Shown: positions 1-11,273, numbered from the stretch's first letter. The stretch: DNA of 64,000 nucleotides from an uncultured Gammaproteobacteria bacterium (GCA_964387625.1 CAYLWN010000001.1:35560-99559), one strand, 5' to 3'. The notes: generated by a model from the letters alone, not told the origin. Numbers and translations: made by a program.

Positions 1-566
1 GATCAGTTGATAATACTTATAAGATAGCAAAAAAAATACATGTTAAAGTGTTAAAGCATTTGTTAAATCGGGGTTTGGGAGCGGCTCTTGCAACTGGTTT
101 TGAGTATGCAAAAAAACATAAATATGAAATAGTGGTGACATTTGATGCAGATGGTCAGCATAAAGCCTCTGATATTAAGAGGATAATTGTGCCTATTATT
201 GAAGGAAAAGGAGATGTGGTTATCGGAAGTAGAGTTTTGGAGTATAGACAGATGCCTATTTTAAGAAGATTGATAAATTTATTGTCAAATTTAGCAACTT
301 ATATCTTGTTTGGAATATGGACCACAGATTCACAATCGGGCTTAAGAGCATTTAGCTCAAAAGCTTTAAAACTGATAAAATTAAAGTCTGAAAGAATGGA
401 AGTTTCATCAGAAATTTTTAAAGAAATTGGCAGGAATAAATTGCGATTGAAAGAAATACCAATAAAACCAATTTATACCCAATATTCGTTAAATAAAGGA
501 CAGCGGATATCAAATGCTACAAATGTAATTTGGAAGCTGTTCATAAATAAATTTTCTAATATATGA
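1..566 (+). CDS. GT2 polyprenyl-phosphate glycosyltransferase (DPM1/ArnC-like), 5'-truncated by the window edge
   Basis: Frame is open from position 3 (SVDNTYK.., end of the DDGSxD motif). Motifs NRGLGAA, TFDADGQH (DxD), VIGSR and TDSQSGLRA are present. The GTG at 48 is not the true start. Confidence 0.88.
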   Translation, partial: SVDNTYKIAKKIHVKVLKHLLNRGLGAALATGFEYAKKHKYEIVVTFDADGQHKASDIKRIIVPIIEGKGDVVIGSRVLEYRQMPILRRLINLLSNLATYILFGIWTTDSQSGLRAFSSKALKLIKLKSERMEVSSEIFKEIGRNKLRLKEIPIKPIYTQYSLNKGQRISNATNVIWKLFINKFSNI

Positions 567-913
567 GTATACAAATAATTCTCAGTTTATTTTTAGTTTT
601 TGCTATTAGCAGGGTAGTGTTACAAGTAAAATCGGCAAAAATCACCTGGGGTTCATTTTTATTCTGGTGCGGATTATTCATTTTTGCATTGTTCGGAGTT
701 TTGGATCCTAGAATAACCACATATGTAGCTAATATTTTGGGTATTGGTAGAGGAGCGGACGTGGTAATTTATATTTCAATAGTATTAATTTTTTATATGC
801 TTTTTAGGTTATCTATTGCAATAGAAGATACCCGCAGGGAGATATCAAATTTGGTCAGAAAAATTGCTCTTCAAGATGATAAAAATTCGGATACAGATAA
901 AACAAGTAAATAA
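563..913 (+). CDS. DUF2304-like small membrane protein, usual partner of DPM1-like GT2
   Basis: 116 aa with three hydrophobic segments, a LGIGRGAD motif and a charged helical C-terminus; 4-bp overlap with the GT2. Confidence 0.75.
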   Translation: MSIQIILSLFLVFAISRVVLQVKSAKITWGSFLFWCGLFIFALFGVLDPRITTYVANILGIGRGADVVIYISIVLIFYMLFRLSIAIEDTRREISNLVRKIALQDDKNSDTDKTSK

Positions 914-918
914 TTCAA

Positions 919-2046
919 ATGAAAATACTCTTCATAAGCGAATATTTTCCCACTGATCAATATTTGGATGTTCATGGAGGAATGGAAATGAGAACTTATT
1001 ATGTTGCCAAGCTATTATCTTACAAACATCAAGTTTGGGTTATTACTTCAAGATTAGAAAGTAAATCAAAAAATAAACAAATAAATGGGATTAATGTCAT
1101 ATATGCAGGCATAACAAGATCATATAGCTATATAGGGAGCATTGGTGCAAGAATTATTTTTTCTATCAGCGCTATTTATCTTGGACTATTTACTGAATTT
1201 GATTTAGTTGAGGGAAGCGGATTATTAGGTTGGTTTCCGGCATATATTTTAGGAATTTTAAAGAAAAAGAAAAAAGTCATTATAGTTGCTGATGTTTCAG
1301 AAAACTATTTAACAGGATTTTTAAAGTATATGATTTCAAGGTTTGAAAAATTTATTTTTAAGGTGTCGTGGAATAAGATTATTTGCATCAGTAACACGAT
1401 AAAAAATTATTTGACTATATATGGAATTCAGGAAAAATCTATTGAAACAATTTATTGTGGTATAGACGATAAAATCTCAAATCTTTCAAAAAAAACAAAC
1501 GAGAAATTTAACATAGTTTGTGTTTCCAGACTTGTTCCTTACAAAAGAGTACTTGATCTAGTTAAAGCAGTTCATTTACTTTCACAAAAATACCCACAGA
1601 TTAAATTGGAAATAATTGGTGATGGAGAAGAATATAAAAACATTTATGATTATATAAATAAATATAAACTGAAAAATAATATAAGATTATTAGGTTTTAT
1701 AAAAAAGCATCAAGAGGTGATGGATTATATAAAAAGGGCTTATATTTTTTGTTTACCTTCTATTGTTGAAGGTTTTGGTATTGTAACCATAGAGAGTTTA
1801 GCTCAAGGAGTGCCTGTAATTTTGGCTGATTTGCCAATTCATCACGAAATAACCGAGAATAAGGGGGTAATATTTTTTGATCCTAAAAATTATATTGATT
1901 TAGCAGATAAATTAGAAAATGTTTGGGAAGATGAGATTCTTTATAAGAAGTTACGTACACAAGGACACGAAGTGTCTAAACAATATACTTGGCAAAAAAC
2001 TGCTAATAAAACCGGAAAATTATATGAATATTTGTGTTCTAATTGA
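919..2046 (+). CDS. GT4 glycosyltransferase
   Basis: GGME N-terminal motif, VSRLVPYKR, EGFGIVTIE (EX7E). Confidence 0.9.
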   Translation: MKILFISEYFPTDQYLDVHGGMEMRTYYVAKLLSYKHQVWVITSRLESKSKNKQINGINVIYAGITRSYSYIGSIGARIIFSISAIYLGLFTEFDLVEGSGLLGWFPAYILGILKKKKKVIIVADVSENYLTGFLKYMISRFEKFIFKVSWNKIICISNTIKNYLTIYGIQEKSIETIYCGIDDKISNLSKKTNEKFNIVCVSRLVPYKRVLDLVKAVHLLSQKYPQIKLEIIGDGEEYKNIYDYINKYKLKNNIRLLGFIKKHQEVMDYIKRAYIFCLPSIVEGFGIVTIESLAQGVPVILADLPIHHEITENKGVIFFDPKNYIDLADKLENVWEDEILYKKLRTQGHEVSKQYTWQKTANKTGKLYEYLCSN

Positions 2047-3157
2047 TGCATGGGATCCCATTTGGGGTGGTGGTCAAACACACGTATGGGAAATTTCCAA
2101 ATTGTTAATTGGTAAATATAATCATAATATTGATATTTATACTAGAAAAATTATATCTGAAGATAACAATACTTATGTAAACAATGAACAATATTATAAA
2201 GGAAAATTAAAAATAATCAGGATTGGTCCTTTAACCAAGTTTTTTAATCCTTTGGCAAGAACTTTATGGTTCCTTAGTGTTATGGCTTCGGTGATTAAAA
2301 ATCATAGGCAAAAAAAATATACTCTGATTCATGCGCACGCATATTTATCAGGAATCCCTGGCAAAATATTAAGTAAATTACTGGGTATTCCTGTGGTATT
2401 TACTGTTCATGGCAGTAATTTGCTGGATTTGAATAAGAAGACATTGCTGTATTATTTAGAGAAATTTATATTAACTCAAATAAAATATGATCAGGAAATC
2501 TCTGTTTCAAATTCATTTTTAAAATATGAAAATACTAATTCAAACATTGAAGTGATTCCCAATGGCGTAAACGTACAAGAATTTGATAAAGTAAAGAAAG
2601 CCGTTGATAAAAGCAAATTTTCATATTTATGGGTAGGTAGATATGACAAGGTAAAAGGTTTACCCATTTTAATAGAAGCATTTAATAAATTATTATTATG
2701 TTATAAAGATATTCAACTTATTCTGGTTGGAGACGGACCTGAAAAAAACAAAATTCAATTATTGGTTAATAAATTTAAAATAATTGATTTTATTAAGTTT
2801 ATTCCAAAAACTAAACATGAGGATCTCATAAAGATATACAAACAGTCGGATGTTTTTGTTTTGCCTTCATTGACAGAAGGTCAGCCAATTACTATTTTGG
2901 AGGCTTGGGCTGCTAAATTACCTGTGATTGCTTCAAAAGTAGGCGATAACGTAAAATTGATTGAAAATGAAGTCAATGGAATTTTAGTAAATCCAAATAA
3001 TATTGAAGATCTGTACCAAGCGATGCTAAATATATATAGATTTAATAAACGGGAACTTTTGGGAAATAAGGGACACGAGTTAGTTTTAAAAAAATATACT
3101 TGGATAAAGAATGTTATAAAATTAGAACGAATATATAAACAATTGTTCTTATATTAA
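2024..3157 (+). CDS. GT4 glycosyltransferase
   Basis: Likely start is ATG 2024 (MNICVLID..GGGQ), not 1919. Motifs HAH, TVHG, IPNGV, GRYDKVKG, EGQPITILE. Confidence 0.9.
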   Translation: MNICVLIDAWDPIWGGGQTHVWEISKLLIGKYNHNIDIYTRKIISEDNNTYVNNEQYYKGKLKIIRIGPLTKFFNPLARTLWFLSVMASVIKNHRQKKYTLIHAHAYLSGIPGKILSKLLGIPVVFTVHGSNLLDLNKKTLLYYLEKFILTQIKYDQEISVSNSFLKYENTNSNIEVIPNGVNVQEFDKVKKAVDKSKFSYLWVGRYDKVKGLPILIEAFNKLLLCYKDIQLILVGDGPEKNKIQLLVNKFKIIDFIKFIPKTKHEDLIKIYKQSDVFVLPSLTEGQPITILEAWAAKLPVIASKVGDNVKLIENEVNGILVNPNNIEDLYQAMLNIYRFNKRELLGNKGHELVLKKYTWIKNVIKLERIYKQLFLY

Positions 3158-3164
3158 TATCAAC

Positions 3165-4646
3165 ATGTTTAAAATTATTAAACACAATATAGTAATTATT
3201 TTAATATTAATTACTGCAGCGGGTTTGTTGAGTATAAATATTAATAAAAAATTTATCGGTATCCATGATTGGAATGGAGTCTGGTATGGAACGATAGCCA
3301 AGAATAATTTAAAACTTGGCCTATTACATACAAAATTAGGATCAGTTAAAGGTACAGGGGACACTCAACTCAGTGCAGGATCTTATTTTACACATTATCC
3401 GGTACTTTTCCCTTTGATTTTGACAGCAGGTTATTATTTAATGGGCGTATCTGAAGCATCCCTAAGAATTACAGTATCGGCGTTTTCATTATTATCGGTA
3501 TTATTTATTTATTTGATTACCAAAAGAATTTTTGATAAAAAAACTGCAATTTATTCCGCAATTTTTACAATTATAACGCCATTATTTATCTATTATGGAA
3601 AAATGCCGGTTCATGAACCTGTGCTGTTGTGTTTGGTCTTAGGCACTGTCTATTTTTATATTAAATGGTTTGACAGTCAAAAAAATAAGGATTTTTTGGG
3701 AATGTCTGTATTTTTGGTCATCAGCCTATTGATCACATGGCCGGCTTATTTTGTACCATTTTTACTATTATGTCATTATTATCTATTTCATAAACAAAAA
3801 AAACATCTAAAATTGTTATTACTGTTGATATTAATTGAAATATCAGCTTTTTTACTTCATTTACTGCATGTTTATATATTAACCGGATCTTTTTTTGGCG
3901 GAGGATTGATAGAAATATTTTTATCCAGGATAAGCTCTGATTCTACAACACAATTGTATTCATTAAATATTACAAAATATCTCACCACAGAAATAAGATA
4001 CTTTTCTTTATATTTTACGCGCATTCTTTTATTTTTTAGCGGTGTATGGTTTTTTACACAAATATATTATATTTTAAGGTTTAAAAAAATATCATATAAA
4101 AATAGTATTATCTGGTTATTTATGATATTTGGAAGTTTATATTTAGTAATTTTCAAAGAAGCTTCATTTTTACATGACTATTTGATTTATTACTTACTGC
4201 CTTTTTTTGTCATTTCTTCTGCAATCATATTTATAAAGTTAATTAATTTTATTACTAATAAGTATTTAAAATACATTGTTATTGTTTTAGCAATTGTTAT
4301 TATTGGTTCTGACAAATATAGTTATTTAGTTGCGTTAATTAAAAGTAATCAAAGCGAAAAAGCATATACTATTGGCAATTTTATCAATAACAATGCATCA
4401 GCTAACGATAAGGTGTTTATTGCGTCCAATGTTTATAGACAATTCTATGGACCTTTTATAACTTACTATTCCAATTATTCTATAATTAATTATGCGGAGT
4501 CATTGGATTTAACTACTGCAAAAAAATATAATTTGATAGTCAGAATTAAATCCCACGATGCCTTGGACCCAAACAGTAAAATTATACTAGCAACAAATTT
4601 CAAACCTAATGAAGATGATAATTTTATTTATTATTTTCCTCAATAA
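3165..4646 (+). CDS. GT-C fold membrane glycosyltransferase (ArnT/PMT_2-like)
   Basis: About 11 hydrophobic segments, first-loop HDW, YFTHYP, GVSEASLR, HEP; soluble C-terminal domain. Confidence 0.8.
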   Translation: MFKIIKHNIVIILILITAAGLLSININKKFIGIHDWNGVWYGTIAKNNLKLGLLHTKLGSVKGTGDTQLSAGSYFTHYPVLFPLILTAGYYLMGVSEASLRITVSAFSLLSVLFIYLITKRIFDKKTAIYSAIFTIITPLFIYYGKMPVHEPVLLCLVLGTVYFYIKWFDSQKNKDFLGMSVFLVISLLITWPAYFVPFLLLCHYYLFHKQKKHLKLLLLLILIEISAFLLHLLHVYILTGSFFGGGLIEIFLSRISSDSTTQLYSLNITKYLTTEIRYFSLYFTRILLFFSGVWFFTQIYYILRFKKISYKNSIIWLFMIFGSLYLVIFKEASFLHDYLIYYLLPFFVISSAIIFIKLINFITNKYLKYIVIVLAIVIIGSDKYSYLVALIKSNQSEKAYTIGNFINNNASANDKVFIASNVYRQFYGPFITYYSNYSIINYAESLDLTTAKKYNLIVRIKSHDALDPNSKIILATNFKPNEDDNFIYYFPQ

Positions 4647-4649
4647 TTC

Positions 4650-5429
4650 ATGAAAAAAATTGATGTTATCATGCCTGCAAGAAATGCTAGTAAATATTTA
4701 AGGTGTGCAATTGACAGCATATTAAATCAAACTTATGAAAATTTCAGACTTATCATTGTTGATGATGCATCAACAGATAATACTGTAAAAATAATCAAAT
4801 CATATTTGGATAATAGAATATTTTTAATTAAGAATAGATCTCAAATGGGAGTTGCAAAAAGCCTAAATATTGCCCTTAATTATGTAAATTCAGAATATAT
4901 AGCTCGGATGGATGCTGACGATGTTGCTAAATCAAATCGTCTTCAAACACAGTTAGATTACCTGATAAATCATAAAGACGTTGGTGTTGTTGCAAGTGCA
5001 GCTGATCTAATTAATGAAAACGGAAAAATTTGTGGTATTAAACAATATTCATCAAATGAGGTAGATACTTGTAACCAATTAATAAATAGAAATGTAATAA
5101 TTCATCCTACTGTGATGTTTCGGACGCAACTCATAAATAAATACGGTTTATACGATGAAAATTTAAACGGAGCAGAAGATTATGATTTGTGGTTAAGGTT
5201 GGGAAAACACACAAAAATAATTAATTTGCCTCAAAAATTACTAAAATACAGAATACACACAGATAATGTTTCAAATTATGCAATAAAAAAAGTTGAAAAA
5301 GCCACAATAAAAGCTCAAATTAAAGCCTTAATTAAATATAATTATAATCTTGTATTAATTTTATATATAATAAGAAACATTATTTCATATTTAATACCTG
5401 CTTCAATAAAAAAAGCATCTTTTAATTAA
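4650..5429 (+). CDS. GT2 glycosyltransferase
   Basis: VIMPARN, VDDASTD, RMDADD, HPTVMFR, AEDYDLWLR. Confidence 0.92.
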   Translation: MKKIDVIMPARNASKYLRCAIDSILNQTYENFRLIIVDDASTDNTVKIIKSYLDNRIFLIKNRSQMGVAKSLNIALNYVNSEYIARMDADDVAKSNRLQTQLDYLINHKDVGVVASAADLINENGKICGIKQYSSNEVDTCNQLINRNVIIHPTVMFRTQLINKYGLYDENLNGAEDYDLWLRLGKHTKIINLPQKLLKYRIHTDNVSNYAIKKVEKATIKAQIKALIKYNYNLVLILYIIRNIISYLIPASIKKASFN

Positions 5430-5461
5430 TTAAAAGATAGCCTATTTTTTTACTTTTTAGA

Positions 5462-6721
5462 ATGAAAAAAACAACTCCTACACAACTAAGAATTTTGATG
5501 TTGACTGAATATTTTTATCCATTTGATCGGGGAGGCAGTGAATGGAGTGTTTATCATTTATCTAAGTCTTTGCTTGATTTAGGATCAGAAGTTGCAGTTT
5601 TTACGCCTAATTATGGTGAAAAATCCTATGCTGTCAAAGATAAGATTAAAATTTACCGTTTTCCTTTTTTAATTTACTTAAAAAGAAAAAATGCACCCAT
5701 AACCCCTTTTTGGCACTCAAACATATTATGGTTTGTTGTTTCATTTGTCTATTTGTTCATAACAATACTTAAGTTTAAACCTACTCATATTCATATACAG
5801 GGAAAATATTTTATTCCTCAAGCTGTGATTGCAGGAAAAATTATACGCTTACCCGTAATTGTAACTTTAAGAGATTATATAGTTTTATGTCCTTATGCTT
5901 TTTGTATAAACAGGAAAAATAAATATTTATCCTGTTCTTACGGTGATTTAATAAATAAAGATCTAAATTTATTTCAAAAAAATTATCTAAGTAGTAAAAA
6001 TTTAATTAGCTATTTTATAAGTTTTATAGCTGCAATCAGAGGCTATTTGGTGTCAGCAATTTTAAGATTTTTTTTAAGTCAAGATACATATAAAATTGCC
6101 ATTAGTAAAAAAGTCGCATTAATATATAAACTAAACAACATTCACGTAAATAAAGTAATTTATAATTCGATATCTTCCGTTAAAGCATTTCCTTCTAAAA
6201 CTAAGAATTATTTAGTTTATGCAGGCAGATTAACAAAAGGTAAAGGGATTGATTCATTTACTAAAGCATATTTCAGTCTAAGTAAAACAATATTGCTACC
6301 AAAATTGTTAGTTATTGGAGATGGCCCATTAAAGACGCTACTTAAAGAGTATAAGCTAAAAAATATCAGCCTTTTGGGGCATTTAAGACAAGAAGAGGTG
6401 CTTAAGGTTTTTAGGTCGGCTAAGGCTGTTGTAGTGCCTTCAATTTGGGAAGAACCGTTTGGACGGGTAGCTCTCGAAGCTATTATTTGTCAAATTCCTG
6501 TATTAGCCAGTAACAGGGGTGCATTGCCAGAAATTGTCATAAATAACCGTTATGGAAAAATTATTGAACCATCAATAAATAATTTTAAAAAAGAGTTAGT
6601 AAAATTTCTGAAAAATAGAAATATATATAAAAAATATTTACTAACGGACAAAAAATTAATATTAGATAAATTCGCGTATAATCCGATCACTGCTCATTTA
6701 GCTGTATATAAATCATTATGA
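5462..6721 (+). CDS. GT4 glycosyltransferase
   Basis: GGSE, GRLTKGKG, EPFGRVALE. Confidence 0.9.
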   Translation: MKKTTPTQLRILMLTEYFYPFDRGGSEWSVYHLSKSLLDLGSEVAVFTPNYGEKSYAVKDKIKIYRFPFLIYLKRKNAPITPFWHSNILWFVVSFVYLFITILKFKPTHIHIQGKYFIPQAVIAGKIIRLPVIVTLRDYIVLCPYAFCINRKNKYLSCSYGDLINKDLNLFQKNYLSSKNLISYFISFIAAIRGYLVSAILRFFLSQDTYKIAISKKVALIYKLNNIHVNKVIYNSISSVKAFPSKTKNYLVYAGRLTKGKGIDSFTKAYFSLSKTILLPKLLVIGDGPLKTLLKEYKLKNISLLGHLRQEEVLKVFRSAKAVVVPSIWEEPFGRVALEAIICQIPVLASNRGALPEIVINNRYGKIIEPSINNFKKELVKFLKNRNIYKKYLLTDKKLILDKFAYNPITAHLAVYKSL

Positions 6722-7791
6722 TTTTGAGCGTATTCTTAGCAATTGGCGAAAGTTGGGAAGATTTCCAAAAAAAAGGACAGGATAAACTGCTTATAAAAAA
6801 TAACTTTTACCAATATTCTCAAAATTTTGAAAAAGTTTTTATTTTTTCATACGGAAAAAAAAGTAAAAAACTTCTCAAAAACGTTTTCTTATTAGGTAAT
6901 AAATATAGAATTCACAGATTTGTTTACTCTTTTATTTTTCCTATAATTTACAAAAAGGAAATAAAACAAAGTCGGATAATCAGAGGAATGCAAATAACTA
7001 GCGCCATAGCTGGAAGCGTTAGTAAAATTCTATATAAAAAAAAGGTGATTATTAACTATGGTTATGATTATGGAAACGTGGCAAAGATAGAAAAAAAATA
7101 TTTACACGCGTTATTATTTAAGTTAATGGATAATATTATTTTTAATTTTGTTGACGGTGTGATTGTTACGACAAGACAATTAAAGAAAAAAATTTCTATC
7201 TTAACCGATGTTCCTTTATATTTGATACCTAATAGTATTAATACAAAAATATTTAAACCTATGCGAAGAAAAAAAAGTATTGATATATTATATATTGGTA
7301 GATTAGAAAAACAAAAAAATTTGAAACTAATTATAGATGCAGCTTCTTTATTAAAAAAGAAAATAAGCACAGTGTTTATAGGAGATGGAAAACAAAGAAA
7401 TCTTTTAATAACACACGCGAAGATTAATAAAGTTAATTTAAAAATATTATCTTCTAAACCTCATAATTTACTAAATAATTTTTATAACAAAACAAAAATT
7501 TTTATTTTACCTTCACTTGAAGAAGGACACCCAAAAGCGTTACTTGAAGCAATGAGTTGCGGAGTAGCTGTTATTGGAACCAACGTAACTGGAATAAAGA
7601 ATTTGATTATAAATAACAAAAACGGAATATTATCAAAATTGGATTCTTATGAATTGAGTAAAAAAATTGAACTTTTATTAAAAAATTCAAAACTAAGACA
7701 AAAACTATCTTCAAATGCACGACAATATATAATATCTAATTATAATAGTATCAGCACCTGGAAAAAGGAAATCCTGCTTTTGAAACAATAA
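6718..7791 (+). CDS. GT4 glycosyltransferase
   Basis: IPNSI, GRLEKQKN, EGHPKALLEAM. Confidence 0.9.
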   Translation: MILSVFLAIGESWEDFQKKGQDKLLIKNNFYQYSQNFEKVFIFSYGKKSKKLLKNVFLLGNKYRIHRFVYSFIFPIIYKKEIKQSRIIRGMQITSAIAGSVSKILYKKKVIINYGYDYGNVAKIEKKYLHALLFKLMDNIIFNFVDGVIVTTRQLKKKISILTDVPLYLIPNSINTKIFKPMRRKKSIDILYIGRLEKQKNLKLIIDAASLLKKKISTVFIGDGKQRNLLITHAKINKVNLKILSSKPHNLLNNFYNKTKIFILPSLEEGHPKALLEAMSCGVAVIGTNVTGIKNLIINNKNGILSKLDSYELSKKIELLLKNSKLRQKLSSNARQYIISNYNSISTWKKEILLLKQ

Positions 7792-7793
7792 TC

Positions 7794-9002
7794 ATGCACA
7801 TTTTATTTGTATGTTCAGAATTTCCTATAGAGAATAGAGCTACCGGTGGTTTCGGAAGTTATGTTGATAAAATTAGTCAGGGATTAGTAAGTTTAGGACA
7901 TAAAGTCACTATAGTTTGTATAGGCGAAAATCCTAAATTTGTAAATGATAAAAAAAGAAATATATGGCTTATTAAGCCAGTTTTAGACGATTTATTATTA
8001 TATTTTTTAAATTCCTCAAGTAGATTTTTAAATCGATTAATAAAATTTATAAGGTACCCTTTAGGATTTAGTTTAGCAGTATATTTAACTATTCAGAAAA
8101 TAAACAAAGCAACTCCTATAGATATTATCGAAGGTGGTGATTTTGGAGCAGAAATGTTCTTTTATTTATTGCTCCGGTCTGCAAAAAATCCTAAAACAGT
8201 AATTAAGCTTCATACGCCAAGTTTTATAATCCGTAAGACAAATGATGAAAAACTAAATAACTTTTATAAAGTAATGGAATTTTTGGAATCCTTCTGTTTA
8301 AAAAAAACAGATGCACTTAATTCTCCAACTAAAGCATTAGCCGAATTTGTTTGTAGATATTTGCATATAAAAGTAACTAAAATCATTCCTTATCCTGTAA
8401 TTCCCATAAAAATGGACGCAAGAATAAAAAGAGATAAGAATCTGGTTTTATATATAGGTAAATTTCAGAAAAAAAAGGGGGTGTTCGTTTTGGTAGATGC
8501 GATTCCAAAAATTATTAAATTATTTCCAAAAGTTAAATTTATACTTATAGGCCCCGACAGTATGACAAACAATAAATCAACAAAAGAGATGTTACAAGAA
8601 AATCTCAAAAAAGGCCATTGTTTAAATAACGTAACTTTTATTGAAAATATCAGCCAAAACGAGCTATATAAATACTATCAAAAAGCGATAATAACAGTAG
8701 TTCCATCAATTTGGGAAAATTTTCCAAACGTTATTTTGGAAGCGATGTTGCTTAAATCTTTAGTTGTTTCTACAAAAGTAGGGGGAATACTGGAAATAAT
8801 TCAACATAAGCAAACTGGTATTATGGTAGAACCCGGAGACAGCAAAGATTTAGCAAAATCAATTATAAAAATTATCAAAAGAAAAAAACAGATAAATAGA
8901 ATGGTTCAATTAGCAAAAAAAGATATTCAAAATAAATATTCATTAATAAAAATTGCACAAAAGACTATTTCTTTTTATGGGAAGATAATGCAAGTGCAAT
9001 AA
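7794..9002 (+). CDS. GT4 glycosyltransferase
   Basis: GGFGSY, KLHTP, GKFQKKKG, ENFPNVILEAM. Confidence 0.9.
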   Translation: MHILFVCSEFPIENRATGGFGSYVDKISQGLVSLGHKVTIVCIGENPKFVNDKKRNIWLIKPVLDDLLLYFLNSSSRFLNRLIKFIRYPLGFSLAVYLTIQKINKATPIDIIEGGDFGAEMFFYLLLRSAKNPKTVIKLHTPSFIIRKTNDEKLNNFYKVMEFLESFCLKKTDALNSPTKALAEFVCRYLHIKVTKIIPYPVIPIKMDARIKRDKNLVLYIGKFQKKKGVFVLVDAIPKIIKLFPKVKFILIGPDSMTNNKSTKEMLQENLKKGHCLNNVTFIENISQNELYKYYQKAIITVVPSIWENFPNVILEAMLLKSLVVSTKVGGILEIIQHKQTGIMVEPGDSKDLAKSIIKIIKRKKQINRMVQLAKKDIQNKYSLIKIAQKTISFYGKIMQVQ

Positions 9003-10215
9003 AAGGGACAATTGGCTCAGTCCATCTTTCTATTAAAATAATAATTATCAATCCCCAAATTTGATATCTTGGAATAAGTATAAATATTAATACTATTTTC
9101 ACTAATTGAGGTAAAACGCCTGCAATAATTTGCGGTTTCTTACGTTTTTGATACATGACCATATCATAAACCACCCATGAAAATGGAAGAGGAATAAGGG
9201 CTAAGCTTAATACCTGTCCGTAAACAATAGCATCTTGGTATTTTGAACCGAAGAAAAAATTTATCAAAATCGGCGTTAATAAAAATAAAAATAAACTCAA
9301 AAAAATACCCAATATAAAAAATTTCCACCAATGAGTTTTTAAGGTATTAAGATGTTCTTTGTTTGATTGTGATGCTAATTTGGCAGTTATTGGTTTATAA
9401 AATACTTGAAAATTTTTCTGCACTGATGTTAAAAATTTGGAAGCTACAGCGTAAATTGCCAATGCTTCAACATTAATAAAATTACCAAGAATAATACTAC
9501 CCAAATTACCGGTTATCCAGGGAATAATAGATAAAATAGTTAAAAATGAACCATAACGAAAAAGCTCCTTATCCTGAGTGTTATTTTTTACTAAACGCAG
9601 ACAGTAATAGAATCCGATTATTGCAGGAATAATTAATGCCATCATATAACTAAATATTAATAATGGTGTTTTAGGAAAATAAAATATGGAAACTGATAAT
9701 AAAACTAAAAAAAATAATGAGGCTAAAGAAGATACAATTGATAAAACAGAAAAATTCCGTTTACCTGTTAAAAAAGCCGGATAAATTGAAAATGGATTTA
9801 AGAAAGGAAAAAGCAAAGCAGCAATCAAGAGACCTGTACTGATCTGATTTTGTTGTTGAAGAAAATGATATCCAGATATGGCCAGAAGTATAGGAATACC
9901 CAATAATGAAAATTTAAATTTTGAATTTATGGCAAATATTAATGAACCGTCAAATTTTTTACTTACTGATTGAGTTAATGCAAGATCTAACCCGGGTAAA
10001 CTAAGAAAAGTTAACATACCTAAATATGAAAGTATTAAATTGTATTCTCCAAAAGTGGTTTTTGAAAGGAAATGACCAAAAAAGTAACTGACAATTAACC
10101 CGCATGTTACACCGATTATTTGTTGTAATGTTGCCCAAAGGCTACTTTTAGTAAAATAAGTAATATCTAATTTTAATAAGCTTAGAAAAAATCTGGGAAA
10201 GGCATTTTTTTGCAT
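8965..10215 (-). CDS. wzx: Wzx-type polysaccharide flippase (MATE-like)
   Basis: About 12 TM segments, FGEYNL and AIYAVA repeats, FFGSKYQDA motif typical of Wzx. Confidence 0.8.
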   Translation of the reverse strand: MQKNAFPRFFLSLLKLDITYFTKSSLWATLQQIIGVTCGLIVSYFFGHFLSKTTFGEYNLILSYLGMLTFLSLPGLDLALTQSVSKKFDGSLIFAINSKFKFSLLGIPILLAISGYHFLQQQNQISTGLLIAALLFPFLNPFSIYPAFLTGKRNFSVLSIVSSLASLFFLVLLSVSIFYFPKTPLLIFSYMMALIIPAIIGFYYCLRLVKNNTQDKELFRYGSFLTILSIIPWITGNLGSIILGNFINVEALAIYAVASKFLTSVQKNFQVFYKPITAKLASQSNKEHLNTLKTHWWKFFILGIFLSLFLFLLTPILINFFFGSKYQDAIVYGQVLSLALIPLPFSWVVYDMVMYQKRKKPQIIAGVLPQLVKIVLIFILIPRYQIWGLIIIILIERWTEPIVPFIALALSSHKKK

Positions 10216-10221
10216 AATTAA

Positions 10222-11199
10222 TCATTTTATTATTGAAAACATTTCATTAAAACGCATAATATATGTGTGATCTTTACGGGTTTTAAGCCAACCATTTTTT
10301 GCAATTCTCTCTCTTTCTTTGTCACGTTTAAGATAATAAATTGCCTTTTGTCTTAGTTCTTTTTTATTTCTGAAAAAAACCATTTCTTGATCTTCAATGA
10401 ATAATTTAGCTAATGCTGGGCAATATTCGCTTAAAATAAATGTACCAACACCGGTTGCTTCAAAATTTCTTAAGTTAGCAGTGTTGATAGGTATACCCTT
10501 TTCTCCCGTTAAAACATTAATAACAATTTTTGCTTGTCTAAAAATATTCTGCATCCTATTTACAGGTAAGTAATTTCGATAATAAGGGGCCATAATGGTA
10601 TGTTTCCAATGCGGATAACCCCAAAGATTAAAATTTAAATCGCAAATTTCAGAAAAATAATTTATTCTCTTTTGAGTCCTGTGTCCAGCAAAAACAATAT
10701 CATAAATTTTGGGTGTTTGAATAATTTTAATATCTGCTTGACCAGCCACTGGTAAATAATATGTTTTTCTTCCTGTTTGATTTAATTTTGTAGTAAGCAT
10801 TGTACAAACAGAAAAAAAATATTTATAGGTTTTTGCTGTTTTTATAAGATTTTGCCACAACACAAGATTATCAGGATACCAGTTTATAGTTATTATTCCC
10901 AAGGAATTAATTTGTTCAATAGTCTTTGGGTAAAACACTTCCCCTTTAACCGTAAAAAAATAATTAGGTTTCAATATTTTAATTTTTTTTATCAATTGAT
11001 GATTTATTCGATTGTTCCTTAATATTTTAAATCTCTTGGAATTGAGTAAGTTTGAGATTATTCCCAGCATACGAGACATTACGTCAGGTTTAAGATAATC
11101 AAATGTAAAGACATCCATTCCAAGTTTTGTTAATGCGTGTTTAATAGGTATAAAAAACGAAGAATTTCTTGGAGAAACGAATAAAATTTTGTTTTTCAT
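10222..11199 (-). CDS. CgeB/YkvP-family GT-B glycosyltransferase
   Basis: WYPD, YDIVFAG, KIVIN, NLRNFEATGVG, ERIAKNG..HTY..R. Confidence 0.82.
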   Translation of the reverse strand: MKNKILFVSPRNSSFFIPIKHALTKLGMDVFTFDYLKPDVMSRMLGIISNLLNSKRFKILRNNRINHQLIKKIKILKPNYFFTVKGEVFYPKTIEQINSLGIITINWYPDNLVLWQNLIKTAKTYKYFFSVCTMLTTKLNQTGRKTYYLPVAGQADIKIIQTPKIYDIVFAGHRTQKRINYFSEICDLNFNLWGYPHWKHTIMAPYYRNYLPVNRMQNIFRQAKIVINVLTGEKGIPINTANLRNFEATGVGTFILSEYCPALAKLFIEDQEMVFFRNKKELRQKAIYYLKRDKERERIAKNGWLKTRKDHTYIMRFNEMFSIIK

Positions 11200-11207
11200 A
11201 AAATCTG

Positions 11208-11213
11208 ATTATA
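11208..11213 (-). promoter_or_regulatory. -10 box TATAAT 8 nt upstream of ATG 11199 (leaderless geometry)
   Basis: Minus strand reads TATAAT-cagatttt-ATG. Confidence 0.5.
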
Positions 11214-11273
11214 ACTTATAATTATATCAATATATTATTGACTAAAAGCATAAGACTGTGATACAAATAAACA

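Noticed and set aside
1919-2023. N-terminal extension of the second GT4, and similar extensions at 17474-17491 and 61653-61682
   Set aside because: Downstream ATGs match the family N-termini and give short overlaps typical of translational coupling.
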